From assembly GCF_036588685.1 (NCBI RefSeq), contig NC_086381.1, forward strand, positions 46,252,001 through 46,316,000: 64,000 bases of DNA. Direction: 5' to 3'. Positions 51,901 to 64,000 of the stretch are shown in pieces (position 1 is the stretch's first letter; each line of letters opens with the position of its first letter). The translations under genes were made by a program, and so were the position numbers. This DNA comes from Mytilus trossulus (taxonomy: Eukaryota). A model generated the notes under the pieces. It was given only the letters and a program-made list of their open reading frames with translations, did no database searches and was not told where the DNA came from.

Positions 51901-54900
51901 AATCAAAACACATGGTTAATTTAGTTTATATTTTCCCTATATATATTTTTTCATGTTCTTTTGAGTATGTTTTTTTTTACCCAAATAAGGAACCTTAATA
52001 GTAGTTGTCCAATGCCAGACATAGAATTCTGTTTTTTAAATGATTTTCATCATTTGGAGAATTTGGTGGTAATTGCAGATTTTTGATTGTTTTTGCTAAA
52101 GGAAAAAGGGACAATAATGACTTTATATGGCTCAAATATTACAGCAAATTTGACCGATAGGTCACTTGATCTAAAATACATCGCTGAAAAACTATGGTAA
52201 ATAGAGTTGAGAAAATACATTTTTGTTTTTATATTTGATGAAGTTTCAACCCATGGTGATAGTTGTATATAAAGCAAAATTTCATATTTTTTTTCCCCCA
52301 TAATATATGTAAAAAAAATTTCTTTAAAAATATGCAGTTACTTAGTTGAGCATGCTATTTCCATCTAGGAAAAAGGGATAGAAATCCTTCAAAACAGCAT
52401 TTTCTTCATTTTCAGGAGTTAGGTGCTATGATGAGGTAATTATAATTTTATAACATAAGCAAGTGATTAACTATGTTGACTGGTTCTATCAAATGCAAAC
52501 ATACATACAATTTTTACCCCATTTCTTACCCCACAAGTTCAAAGGTCTTTCCAGCTGCATCAGGATCATTCAATGCACTAATAACACCATCAGTAACATC
52601 AGTTACCTGTAATACAAGATTAAATAATAGTTTCAATGACCCTATAAACACATTATTTGTTAAAACAAGGGCTATTTCATTAAAATGTATGTGGGAGGGT
52701 AGGAAGGAAAGTTTCATTATTGAATTTGGGTCATGGGCCTTTTTTTAAAGTATGTGTCTATTACCATTGATTATGCAAAATTATCTAAAAATGGTTCTAG
52801 GGATATTTTGAAAGTCCCTTTCTACCCTCCCACATATATTTTTATGGAATAGCCCTAAGATAAATCAGGTATATACCCCCTCATAATACTTTGAACCTCA
52901 GGTCTTGATAGTGTGTTTATGTAGAATTTCATTCACGGCTTCAAAACTAAAATCAGTTTTACAGACATTTGTTTTAAATGTCATCAGTTTCAAATTCGAA
53001 TTCAAAATTGATGAAATATTACATTTGGAACTATTGTAAGAATTGCAGTATAACAAGCACAACCGTACATTATCAGATAATAACAAGAATGTGTCCATAG
53101 AGGCATAGACTAGAACATTGATGCCCCATCCGCTCTATCATTTTCTATGTTCGGTGGATCGTGAAAATGGGGATAAAACTCTAATTTGGCATTAAAATTA
53201 GACAGATCATATCATAGGGAACATGTGTAATTTATCAAACACTAACTCGACCAAAAACTTTAACCTGAAGCGGGACACACTAACTAACAGACGAATGAAC
53301 AGATGGACAAATGAACAGATGGACAAGAAAAGACAGACAAACCAACGAACAGATGAATGGACACAGACCAGAAAACATAATGCCCTTAAATGGGGTACAT
53401 AAAGTATACAAGTTTGAGCTTTCTAAAAAGCTATGGACTGCTTAGCTCTATCCTAATTTAATGTAATATGCATGCATGAGGTTGTTGATTTGGTATTGGA
53501 AATTTGGTATTTTAGATATTGATTGCTATATAAAAGATTTACTTTAAGAGTGGTGTTATACATCAATGCTTTTAATTTTTTTTAATTACTTGTGGAAAAT
53601 TCAAAACATTTACAAATAGACACGTCTCTTGATGAACACTCTAGATGTGTGCCTAGATTATCAGAAGTTATAAAATACAGATAATGCATTTTTGTAAACA
53701 TTGTTTAGCAAAGCAAATCATTCATATTGCAGATTAACAAAGCAAATAAACATGTATTAATAATTGATATTTCAATATTGACTTTATCTGTGAAATATAT
53801 GCTTAATAAAATGAACATGACCCATTTCCTTTCTCAATTTTATGAATTAATGACAGTTGATCAGAACTGAAATACACATAGTTAATTTTCCAGCATTTGA
53901 TGTCCTGAGACTAGAAAAGTCTGTTATCAATTATCTCATTTAAGCCAATAAATGTTGCTGTATCTTAGCCGCATCATAATGCAACCAATCAGAATCTATA
54001 TGTGATCAGTAATTAATTCACAATGGTGTGTATGTCGACTGAAACTAATAGCTCCGCACCGTGATGCGAAGCAAAAAACTACTTGTACAAGGCTTTGAAA
54101 CAAAGGATAGAAATGCTTGGCAAAGCATGAACAAATATGTAAACCCATTTTGAAGAAAACTTACATAGACTGGTTTTTTAATTGTCTTTTGTCCCTTCTG
54201 CCATAATGGAGTCTTAAAATTTACATATCTTCTCACTGAAAAATTATGATAAGAGGGTATATTTATTCTGCAAATAGCAACATTTATTAGACAAATTAAG
54301 TACATAAAATGTATAGCATATATATATGAATGATCAACAAGTAAAACTGCAAGTTACTGCTCTCTGATGATACCCCCACCAAAATATTTTGGTAAACAGG
54401 AAGTTGTTGAGGGATGAATCTGAAAACACATCACATGGTATAACTTACTAATATAAACCCTGAAACCAAATTTCAGAAATCCTTGTCCAATAATTCCTGA
54501 GAAAAATGACATGGAACAGACAGACTTACGGAAGGATGGACAGACAGAGGAAAACAGAATACCCCTCTTTTTTAAAGCGGGGATATAATTACAAGTATGT
54601 CTGATTTCCAGTAGAATAAGATGGTTGCCTTTACCTAATCATTTCATGTTTCTATCTGATTATTCAAATGTTTGCACTTGTCAAAATATAATTTCTTTAT
54701 AATTGGAAGTTGCGTAGGTACAGATATTATATAACAAATCAGAACAGTAAGAGGAAACCATGAATCCAATACTTGACATTATAAAAAAAAATATTCAAAA
54801 AAATTCTTTGATCAGAGCAAATGATGAAACCAAGAATTTAGGTACGCTATCAGACATAGCAACATTTTTTAAAACAAGTGAACAAGAACTACTGCTCACT

Positions 54901-57900
54901 AATTATCATACCCCAACCCCACTAAAAGTATGTGGTAAACAGGAAGTTGTTGAGTGATGAATCTGAAAACCCTATTGCTGACTCACATAAACCCTGAAAC
55001 TAAATTTCAGAAATCCTTGTAATGTAGTTCATGAGAAAGATGAGACAAACAATATTTAGGGGACAAATGAACAAACTGATGGATTCCATCAATCTCTGGT
55101 GCAGAGGTCACATATCTGTTCTGTTCAATACTTTGTAACACTACACTCAATATTAAGTAAAGTATTGCGGAGCATGTATAGAACGGATATGAACTCTGCG
55201 CCGGAGATTGGAATTCCATAGAACCTTTTTTTTCACTTAGAAGTAACTTGTTCTAAATTTAATAAATTGCACAGTTATCAATCCATTTTATCCAATGAAA
55301 ACAACTTACATCTACTAATGTAGTATCTTATAAATCTATCTTCATCACCAAATACGTCTGCTGGTCTGAATATGATGGCCTCTGGGAACTCTTCTCGTAC
55401 AGCTACTTCTCCTGCATACTGAAACATATAATTAGCTTTAAATAGAAATTAACAGTATTATTGCCCATATAGAAAGTCCATTTACCAATAAGCTTCTGCC
55501 AAGTTCTGGCAAAGTATTTTAAAATTCTATCAACATGATGAATTTATTGATGTCTTAAAAAGACTTGGACTCCTTACTGTCATGACTGTAGCTAAATGTA
55601 AACTTTAAAAAAAAGTTTTTTCTTCACTGAAATTTATACAAAAAAAATTAAAAAGAATATATTCCTAATTCTAACCTAGTGTCATAAGGCAGAATGTTTT
55701 GCTTCACCCAAAAATGCCACAGACTCAACGATAAAGGGTAGACAAAGGGCTAATGTACTGATTATATAAATAACCTTTGTATCTTACCTTACTTTTGAGG
55801 AAATCTGAGCCACCCTTTTTCAAACATTCTGGTGGGTTAGGACTTGCATTTAATGAGGAAAAATGTAGCAATTTTTTAACTCCAGCTTCTTTTGAATATT
55901 TTGCGATTTTCCTAGCAGTGACATTATGTACATCATCGTAATTAAAATTTCTGAAATGGAAAAAAAATCAATATCAACAAAAATACTTATAAAATACATC
56001 TTAAAAATGCGGAACAAAGTTTCAAAAATAAATCAAACACATGTTACTGCCAAGCAAGGAACACTTAACAGGCTTTTATTTCAACTTGGAATTATTTTTA
56101 ATTATAGAATTTGCATAATTTTTTGTGCTTGAAGTTTTTACTAAATTCCATGATTATTTCGTATTATAATGCTTTGAGCGATGCATAACACTTTCCATTC
56201 AACATATTTTGTATAGATAGTGTTGTGCGCCAAACACATGAAACAGTAATAGTCTATGTTTTTCAAAAATAAGTCAAACACCTTTTAATGGTGTACAATG
56301 AACATTTGCTATCATAAATGAACAGAATAATAAATACAATATTAAAATAGTCTCTGTTAAATGCATTTATATCTTTTTCGAACTAAGGGAGATTTAGAGC
56401 TTGATGTCATACCTTGTTTCAAATTCTCTTCCAATGAGGTTGACTACTGCAGTAGAGTATTTCAAAACTTTTCTAATGTCATCATCATTTCGCACATCAA
56501 TTTCCTGTCAAAAGTAACACAAATATGATAAAAAAACAAAGAGTAACCGAAGAATATTGTACCAATAACTTCCATGACCATTTGGTAAAATATTTAAAGC
56601 TTAAAATTCTAATGTTTAGTTTTTTCAAAAAGAATACTAAAGAAATAGTAAACCACTGTTTGTGAATTTTTTTTTATAAATGTTGAAAAGATGGATTCAT
56701 ATAATAGTTTGTATTTGAAGAAAATATATAATATCTTTTCACATCTGAAAATGTAGTCAAAATAATAAATGGGAGGATTTCTAATTACCTTACTGAAGAC
56801 CTTATACCTTGATGGTCTGATTTACAATCAATTTACAGAATAACAGATAGCTTGTGAAAACTCTTAGGAAGAACTCCACAGTAACTTTCAGAAAATTTGG
56901 ACCCCTGGGGTATCCTATAACTAGCTTAAAGTCCATTTCTGTGCATTTTTGCTTTTTATAGTAAATTGTATACTTCTCAATGCCAAATAATAATTTTAAC
57001 TACTGAGAAAATATTTCTTAAACCCCAAAATTTCTATAAATCCTGCTTACATGCATAATTAATTGTCCTAAATCTGCGGAAGGCTTCATACCCCAACATC
57101 TAGCATCATCTCCTCGCCATGGTAATATAATCTGACTTCCTGTCTTTCCTAAAATAAAATAAATATGTAAAGTCCAGGGTATAATTTGATAACAGTTTAA
57201 AAGTCCTGACTTCATGTTTTAGAATGAGAATCAAGAGATAAAGGTACTTAAGGTATTTAACAGATGGTAAAAATTGTGGCTTTTGTGGACAAATAGTAAA
57301 GCAAAACTAAAAATCAGAATAAAAGATTTAAGAAAACACAAATATAACATTTGATTTGATGACACAGTTTGACAATAGCATGACACAAAGGGATATTAAC
57401 CAGGTTTAATTCTCCTCTTTTGATCAAAGTTTTTTTCTGGTAAATAATGTAAATTTTGGCAAAATTAACATGAAATCTCTTTATTGTTTGACATCAAAGT
57501 CTGTGACAATATTGTTAATTTACTTGTTTGAATTGGGTTAGGATCAAGCTTTAGGTCACTGAGATAAAATAGAGAATGGAAATGGAAACCGAAAAGCAGA
57601 AAACAGGAAAAAAAGAGTACTCTTTTATCAATCCTTTGTGTGTTGTAAAATTTTGATATTTGTTTTGGTGCTTGATACTGATTTGATGAGTTTGTTCTTA
57701 CAAACGTTTGTTGTTCTGTTAGATCACTTTTCCTGGTAAGATAAGAGAGTTCTGAAAATAAGCAATGGTTGGTTGTAATTATGAGAACTATAACTGTTTT
57801 TTGTTGACTTTTCAAAGTTGTCTTTAAATCTATAACTTATGCCTCTGATTATTTACATATGTACTTCTGAACATATCCCATTTTTCTCCTCTTTCTTCTA

Positions 57901-60900
57901 CATGTTCTATAGATGTCTTTACCATATGGGTTTTGTCCATTGTTAAATGCAATACAGTGATCTTATTTGTAAAAGGGGAAATATGAAAATAAGGCAGACT
58001 ATTTTCTAGACACTTAATTATGTTAATATACAACCTTGTTCAAGGCTTGTAAGATTAAGAATTTTAAAACACTAAATGGTGCACCATGAACACATGATTC
58101 AATTGACACAACTTCATGTTTTAAACTGTTGAAGAGTTGCAAAAAGCTGACAGGTATCTTCAAAGGGGGAGGGGTCCTGATCCTGAAATCCTGGGCTTAA
58201 ATATATGATATCTAGAGGTCACGAATTTAAAGAAATTTAAATCTCAACATCCCGAAATTCAAAAAAAAAAGAATTCATGGATCCCGAAATCCTCAGCTTA
58301 AAAACACTCAATCCCAGAGTGCTGATAAAGGTCGGACCTCCCATCTTCAAAGCCTTAGTTCATAATTTAAACATAATGTCATATCCTATCTGATTATAAA
58401 ACATAATTATATAACTTTACCTAATCTATTCACTATAAATCTTCCTAAGAATCCAGTTGATCCAAAAACCGTAACTACTTCTCCACTGAAAGACGATCGG
58501 CCACCAGTTCCTCTCTTGTAGTTTTGTATAGTAACATCACTTCTATCTCTTTTCTGCACTGTATAGTAGCCAATACATCTTGGCAAGTCTTTCCCTACAA
58601 CATAATAAAAGAAAATGAAACCAAATTTCATAAATTTCATGTGTACTACGCTCTTTTCTGGATTAACCATAAGCTTCATTTGGAAAGCCAAATATTAGAA
58701 AGCCACTGATACATGTATATATATATAAGAACCAAAAATTTTCAAGATCTACATCTTAAGAAAACTTTACATTGAAAATTGATTATTAATACAAAGTCAC
58801 TGGACCATAACATAGAGAACAGTGTCTCAAAATTGCCATCAAACTGTAGATAATAATGTAACTTTATATAGAATATCAATGATCTATCAAAAGTAGTTCC
58901 TATCAAACTTAAATAAGCAGAAAACTTAACAATTATTGAAGCCATCATCACTAAAATTGCAGTCAGCATAAAAACAATCACTATCTCCTTCTTTCCATTG
59001 AGAAAATTATTTATCCCCCATAGTTCAAATGAAGTGATTGTAAGCAACTATCAGGCAACCATCCAATATGGTTATTGAATAAATATTTGTATGATAATAT
59101 ATATTTGGAATGTGTATTTTTTTTGTGACCTTCACTAATGTCAAATTGTTATTTTCTATTTTCTGTCATAAAAGATATACCAATCAAGTACCAAAGTCAA
59201 ATGAAAATATTCTAAAGTCAACCATGTGTGACATATAATTATAGAAATTCATTTGTACTGTTATACAGTAATGTCAGTAGATGCACATTGTTGTTAAGTA
59301 ATATTCCTTTTAAAAACAAACATTGACAAATTTATATCAAAAACAATTACTGCATTTACATGTAAATCGCATGTACCTGTATGTTTAGATTGAGTTTAGT
59401 AATTTCAATTGATATTTTACAGTGTGTCGTTCTATGTGGTAATGTTACACTTGTTTCAGGGTAGGGCAGCTGGTGTAGGGTGAAGGATAGCGTCTATTAA
59501 AAAGTTCAAACCAACTGCATTTGTTTGCACCTGTCCTAAGTCAGGAACATGATGTTCAGCATGTTCAGTAGTTATTTGTTGATGTGGTTATACATTGTAA
59601 GTGTTTCTCCTTTCTTGTTTTTATACAGATTATACCATTAGTTTTCATGTTTAATTGGTTTACACTACCAGTAGTCATTTTTGGGACCCTAAATACATGT
59701 AGCTTCATCTTACATGTAGGTAAGGTGTGAACCAAGGTTGTGTGTTCAAGGCTGTTCATAGACTTATAATGGTTTACTTTTACAAATTGTGACTTGGATG
59801 GAGAGTTGTCTCATTGTCACTTATACCACATTTTCTTACATCTAAGTAATACGATCATAACAATGCTTGATGGTGTACATGTAAACAAGCTGACTAATCA
59901 TCATTTAATTAAATCCTATAATTGATAATGAAATATGACAGAATTTTATAGAATTTGATAATTTCTCAATGGTGATCAAAAGTGTACAATACATTTTGTA
60001 CATTAAAACTAGACAGTTACTAGTATATATAAGGATGGTCATGGGGGTACCTTCATGAGGAATCACGGTAAAATTTCTTGCCAAATGACCTAAACAGTAC
60101 TGTTTGGTGCATCACGATAAAATGTGCACTTTCTTAAAGACAATAAAACAATCAAATAATTTGACCAATGACGTTAATTTTTCTTCGAAAACAAACGGTA
60201 ACAATAATTATTTGAGACTTCTGACGAATAATGGTAAGGATATTTTGACTAATCAATGTGACAATATGATAGGCGAAAAATATATATATAAATATATATA
60301 AAATATATTTATATTTATATTGATGATTATATATTCTTAAAATGTTTATTAAATTGAATAAAATAAATACAGGGGAATATCTATTAAGAAAATCATGACC
60401 TTGTAAAAGGTTGTTCAATTGACCGCTACTGCATATGAAATATTTACATGCAGATCATGAGGTGACATGTAACAATTAGTTAAACACTGGACATACGTGT
60501 ATTGCATACCATGTGGAGACATGTAGCAATAACAATTAGTTAAAACACTGGACATGCGTGTATTCTTTGATCATTAATTTCCAGGTTGGCCAAAACATGT
60601 CAATTAGAGTCAACTTAATAGATATTCATCCCTGTATCTTTTAATTTAAGACTATGATGGTCAAATTAATAGAAACCTTGACACTGTTTATATTCTGTAT
60701 ATATACTTGTGTATTTTACTGTATAGAGGAGACCGTCCGTTATGGACACTGGTCCAGACGGGCTGGAATAAACTACTATTCCAAATAACCATGTGTTGTG
60801 TTACATCAAGACAAAATTTTAATCAATTTGAAGCTAACGGCAGTCAAAATTTACCTTTTGACGCCTGACGGTAAAGGGCATTCCTGTCCTTCTATATGAA

Positions 60901-61463
60901 TGGTGAATTTCTATGAAATAAATCTCCGAAATCAATACACCTTATCCCTAATCCCGGCTAAGCTGGCCGCTTGAACTTTTGACGTCTACAACAATCACTT
61001 TTCCATTGTGGCGTCAGATATTTTGTTTTATGACGTCAAAATTTTACAGGAACCTGTGTGATATCCAGTAATGGCGGACAAATAGCGATAAGGTGTATAA
61101 CTATAATTTATCATGCATGAGCAAAAAAATACACACGAATGGGACAGCTCTAATTTTAATTAGGTGCCGATCTGTTATATTGCCGGAGTGTCTCTCTCAG
61201 GTGCCGAATTATCTGGGCCGAACTATCTATTTTTTTCAATATAAGTCTACATAATTTCAAATTTTCAAATTATGTACGAAGCCAGGCACCAGGGGCAGGG
61301 ATGGTTTACAAATGAACAAAGCCCATTGCCTTAATCTGTGAATGACTATGATACTGGTATATTTGTTTCTTTGCATTTTTTATGTCAGTGCAAAAGAAAT
61401 GTGTATTTTAAAGTGAATCTTACGGCCAAGACCAATGACCTGTCTCACGGTCAGAGTTGCCAT
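48922..61463 (-). CDS. NDUFA9: NADH dehydrogenase [ubiquinone] 1 alpha subcomplex subunit 9, mitochondrial, 397 aa; exons 61463-61424, 58594-58421, 57148-57051, 56504-56413, 55950-55788, 55418-55310, 54235-54165, 52606-52530, 51358-51263, 50357-50279, 49116-48922
   Basis: [89 protein letters not shown]. Eleven exons splice with consistent phases to 1194 nt. Exon 1 ([14 protein letters not shown]) resembles a mitochondrial presequence. Confidence 0.93.
50857..51200. repeat. 43-bp minisatellite, ~8 copies, in an NDUFA9 intron
   Basis: Unit TAAAATGTGTATGATACAAACTTTAGTAAGAGTGTGGAATAGA. Confidence 0.9.
52668..52856. mobile_element. TIR MITE upstream of the NDUFA9 exon 8 acceptor
   Basis: AGGGCTATTTCATTAAAATGTATGTGGGAGGGTAG / CTACCCTCCCACATATATTTTTATGGAATAGCCCT inverted pair. 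Confidence 0.7.
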
Positions 61464-62143
61464 TCTTGGTTGACAATGTAATGTAGAAGCTTTCTTTTGA
61501 GGATGACAAATTCGATCTTTTAAACACTTGAATGATCTTACTTTGATCTATATCAATAAACGCTTGAATCGATACTGCAATTTTCTTGATTTAAAACGTT
61601 TAGACGACATCATCTTTTAAAATTTTTACTTAAAAGAAAGGAAAAAAAATAAAAACAAGGAATTTTGAGACAAATTTCTTCAAGACAATAAGGCATTCCT
61701 GAGCAAATTATAAATTAACAAAGAGGTAACAAGATCTTCTTCATTAAGGATAGAGAGTACATCCAAATTTTGTTCTAACTCCAAAATGATCCAACATGAA
61801 CATGATGAAAAATCATTGTATTCTTCACTAAAAAACTGTTGTGCTGACATCAGTTGCAGAATGTCACAATTTAAATTTAAAATGAAGGGGGTCTCATTGG
61901 GGGTTCCGATCCCAGACCCCGCTTACTGTTTTGTCAGATTCCTGTATCCCAATTACACTATCATATGTACGTAAGCAATTGTCATTTTTTGTCCTTTCCT
62001 GGGTCCTGCAAGACCTCATTTCCTATTTTCACGCCACAATAATTTGTCTTTCACGTGTCACGCTTACAAAAAATTGGCAATCCAACATCACGCTTAGATC
62101 CCAATGAGACCCACAATGAATAGGGTGAACGGGTATGTAGTGA

Positions 62144-62236
62144 TAGTCCGATGTTTTGATAGTCTGACAGTTCGATGGTCCGACAGTTTGATGGTTGACA
62201 ATTCGATGGTCCGACTGTTTGATGTTCCGACAGTTT
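62144..62236. repeat. ~16-bp degenerate tandem repeat
   Basis: GTCCGACAGTTTGATG-like units. Confidence 0.6.
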
Positions 62237-63272
62237 AGTGGTATTTCTACTTCATATTTATGTGGGTTGGAAGTCATGTACCGGATTTGAGTACTGCGTA
62301 TATATGATGAATGACAAGGCCGTAACTAGGCATCTTATTTTAGTGAGGCAAACCAATTGAGCCGAGCGAAGCGAGGCGAAATTTTTTTTTGGAGGGTATG
62401 AAATGAATGGTGCAAAATCCTGCATTCTAGGCATTTTTAGAGAGTATGATAATGTTTTGAATTTGGACATTTTTTATATAAATTTTTCATATTTTAAAAC
62501 TTTAACTAACACCAAATGTTTTACAACTTTATTTAAATTTATATGTAAGATAATCATCCAAATATCCCATGATTTGAGTCTGTTGCCAGAATTAACATAG
62601 AACAAACATCGATTCAGTAGAGATGGCCAAATTTTTTTTATGGCTGGTTCAGTCAAATCGTTTCAGAATCATAATTTGCTCTGCTGATATTCATTTCACG
62701 ATGAACATGGAGCATGGCAAGACCGCACAATCTCTCGCCACTCATGCATCCAAGTTTGCAGTTGTTTCAGGCAGTCTGTGTTTCCAAAGGTAGCAGATTA
62801 TCAACACAATGATCAATGTATTCTTCCAATTCATTCTCCATCAGCGATTCGGTAGAAGCATCGGTAGTATCAGTTTTGTTTGCAAAAACGAATTATCACA
62901 ATCATACAGTCGCAGTCACAAAATATTAAACTCGCTTTTATGCTTACAAAGAGTAGACAAATTAGGGATAGAATGAGATAAGATACATGTATATGATTCT
63001 ATCTATAGAGTAAGTATATTATGATATGGGTACAGGGGAATTGGAATCAATGGAGGTTTCGACGTTTACATGTAGGTTCGTAATTTCAAATTAATTCTAG
63101 AAATAGTTGGTGGTATTTTATAAATTTCTATAAATTTGGGGGTGTCTGATTCCGAAACCCCGAATATAAAGAAACAAAATTCCGTAGACCCGAATAACTA
63201 AAGACAAAATCCTGAGTTAAAGGTTCTACCATTCCTCAATAATATCAAATTGGAATATGGGATATTTTTTCA

Positions 63273-64000
63273 TTTTTATACGACCGCAAATTTTGAAAAA
63301 ATTTTCGTCGTATATTGCTATCACGTTGGCGTCGTCGTCCGAATACTTTTAGTTTTCGCACTCTAACTTTAGTAAAAGTGAATAGAAATCTATGAAATTT
63401 TAACACAAGGTTTATGACCATAAAAGGAAGGCTGGTATTGATTTTGGGGATTTTGGTCCCAACATTTTAGGAATTAGGGGCCAAAAAGGGCCCAAATAAG
63501 CAATTTCTTGGTTTTCGCACTATAACTTTAGTTTAAGTTAATAGAAATCTATGAAATTTTGACACAAGGTTTATGACCACAAAAGAAAGGTTGGGATTGA
63601 TTTTGGGAGTTTTGGTTTCAACAGTTTAGGAATTAGGGGCCAAAAAAGGGCCCAAATAAGCATTATTCTTGGTTTTCGCACAATAACTTTAGTTAAAGTA
63701 AATAGAAATCAATGAAATTTAAACACAATGTTTATGGCCACAAAAGGAAGGTTGGTATTGATTTTGGGAGTTTTGGTCCCAACAGTTAAGGAAAAAGGGG
63801 CCCAAAGGGTCCAAAATTAAACTTTGTTTGATTTCATCAAAATTGAATAATTGGGGTTCTTTAATATGCCGAATCTAACTGTGTATGTAGGTTCTTAATT
63901 TTTGGTCCTGTTTTCAAATTGGTCTACATTAAGGTCCAAAGGGTCCAAAATTAAACTTAGTTTGATTTTAACAAAAATTGAAACCTTGGGGTTCTTTGAT
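63273..64000 (+). mobile_element. Second copy of the 12795-14786 HINE-like element (cut off by the window edge)
   Basis: Near-identical 5' end and arrays, but (GTC)3 and one fewer ~160-bp unit. Confidence 0.85.

Noticed and set aside
10064-61463. Operon-like functional cluster of all four NAD(P)/lipid genes
   Set aside because: Orientations are mixed and the compartments differ (ER vs mitochondrion). Only the ELOVL pair has sequence evidence of shared regulation.
61542-61613. Short basic ORF MMSSKRFKSRKLQYRFKRLLI* upstream of NDUFA9 as an alternative first coding exon
   Set aside because: It stops before the nearby donor; at most a uORF, with no further support.
831-62656. Remaining 60-115 aa ORFs in the track
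   Set aside because: Low-complexity AT-rich chance ORFs, antisense to exons or inside MITEs; no recognisable domains, transposase or reverse transcriptase.

Overview
Very AT-rich, intron-containing animal genomic DNA. The interspersed repeats look like those of a bivalve mollusc, probably Mytilus (inference). The supplied ORF track is mostly noise or exon fragments, so genes were rebuilt by hand from GT-AG splice sites and phase. Four complete genes: (1) a renalase-like FAD/NAD(P)-dependent oxidoreductase (+, 3 coding exons, 395 aa) whose motifs resemble the plant/algal/bacterial subfamily more than vertebrate RNLS; (2) ELOVL4 (-), with two tandem duplicated, apparently mutually exclusive exons for TM6-TM7 separated by only 43 nt; (3) a second, divergent ELOVL4/7/8-type elongase (+, 7 coding exons, 283 aa), head-to-head with ELOVL4 around a candidate CCAAT-box bidirectional promoter at ~34.5-34.7 kb; (4) NDUFA9 (-, 11 coding exons, 397 aa). 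A fifth gene probably starts at the left edge on the minus strand. The rest is dense with non-autonomous transposons (Helentron/HINE-type elements with internal satellite arrays, TTAA Kolobok-type, hAT-like and hairpin MITEs, SINE-like repeats) and a minisatellite. The main candidate system is a compact elongase locus that could make three fatty-acyl elongases from two divergently transcribed genes, with a switchable specificity-determining exon.
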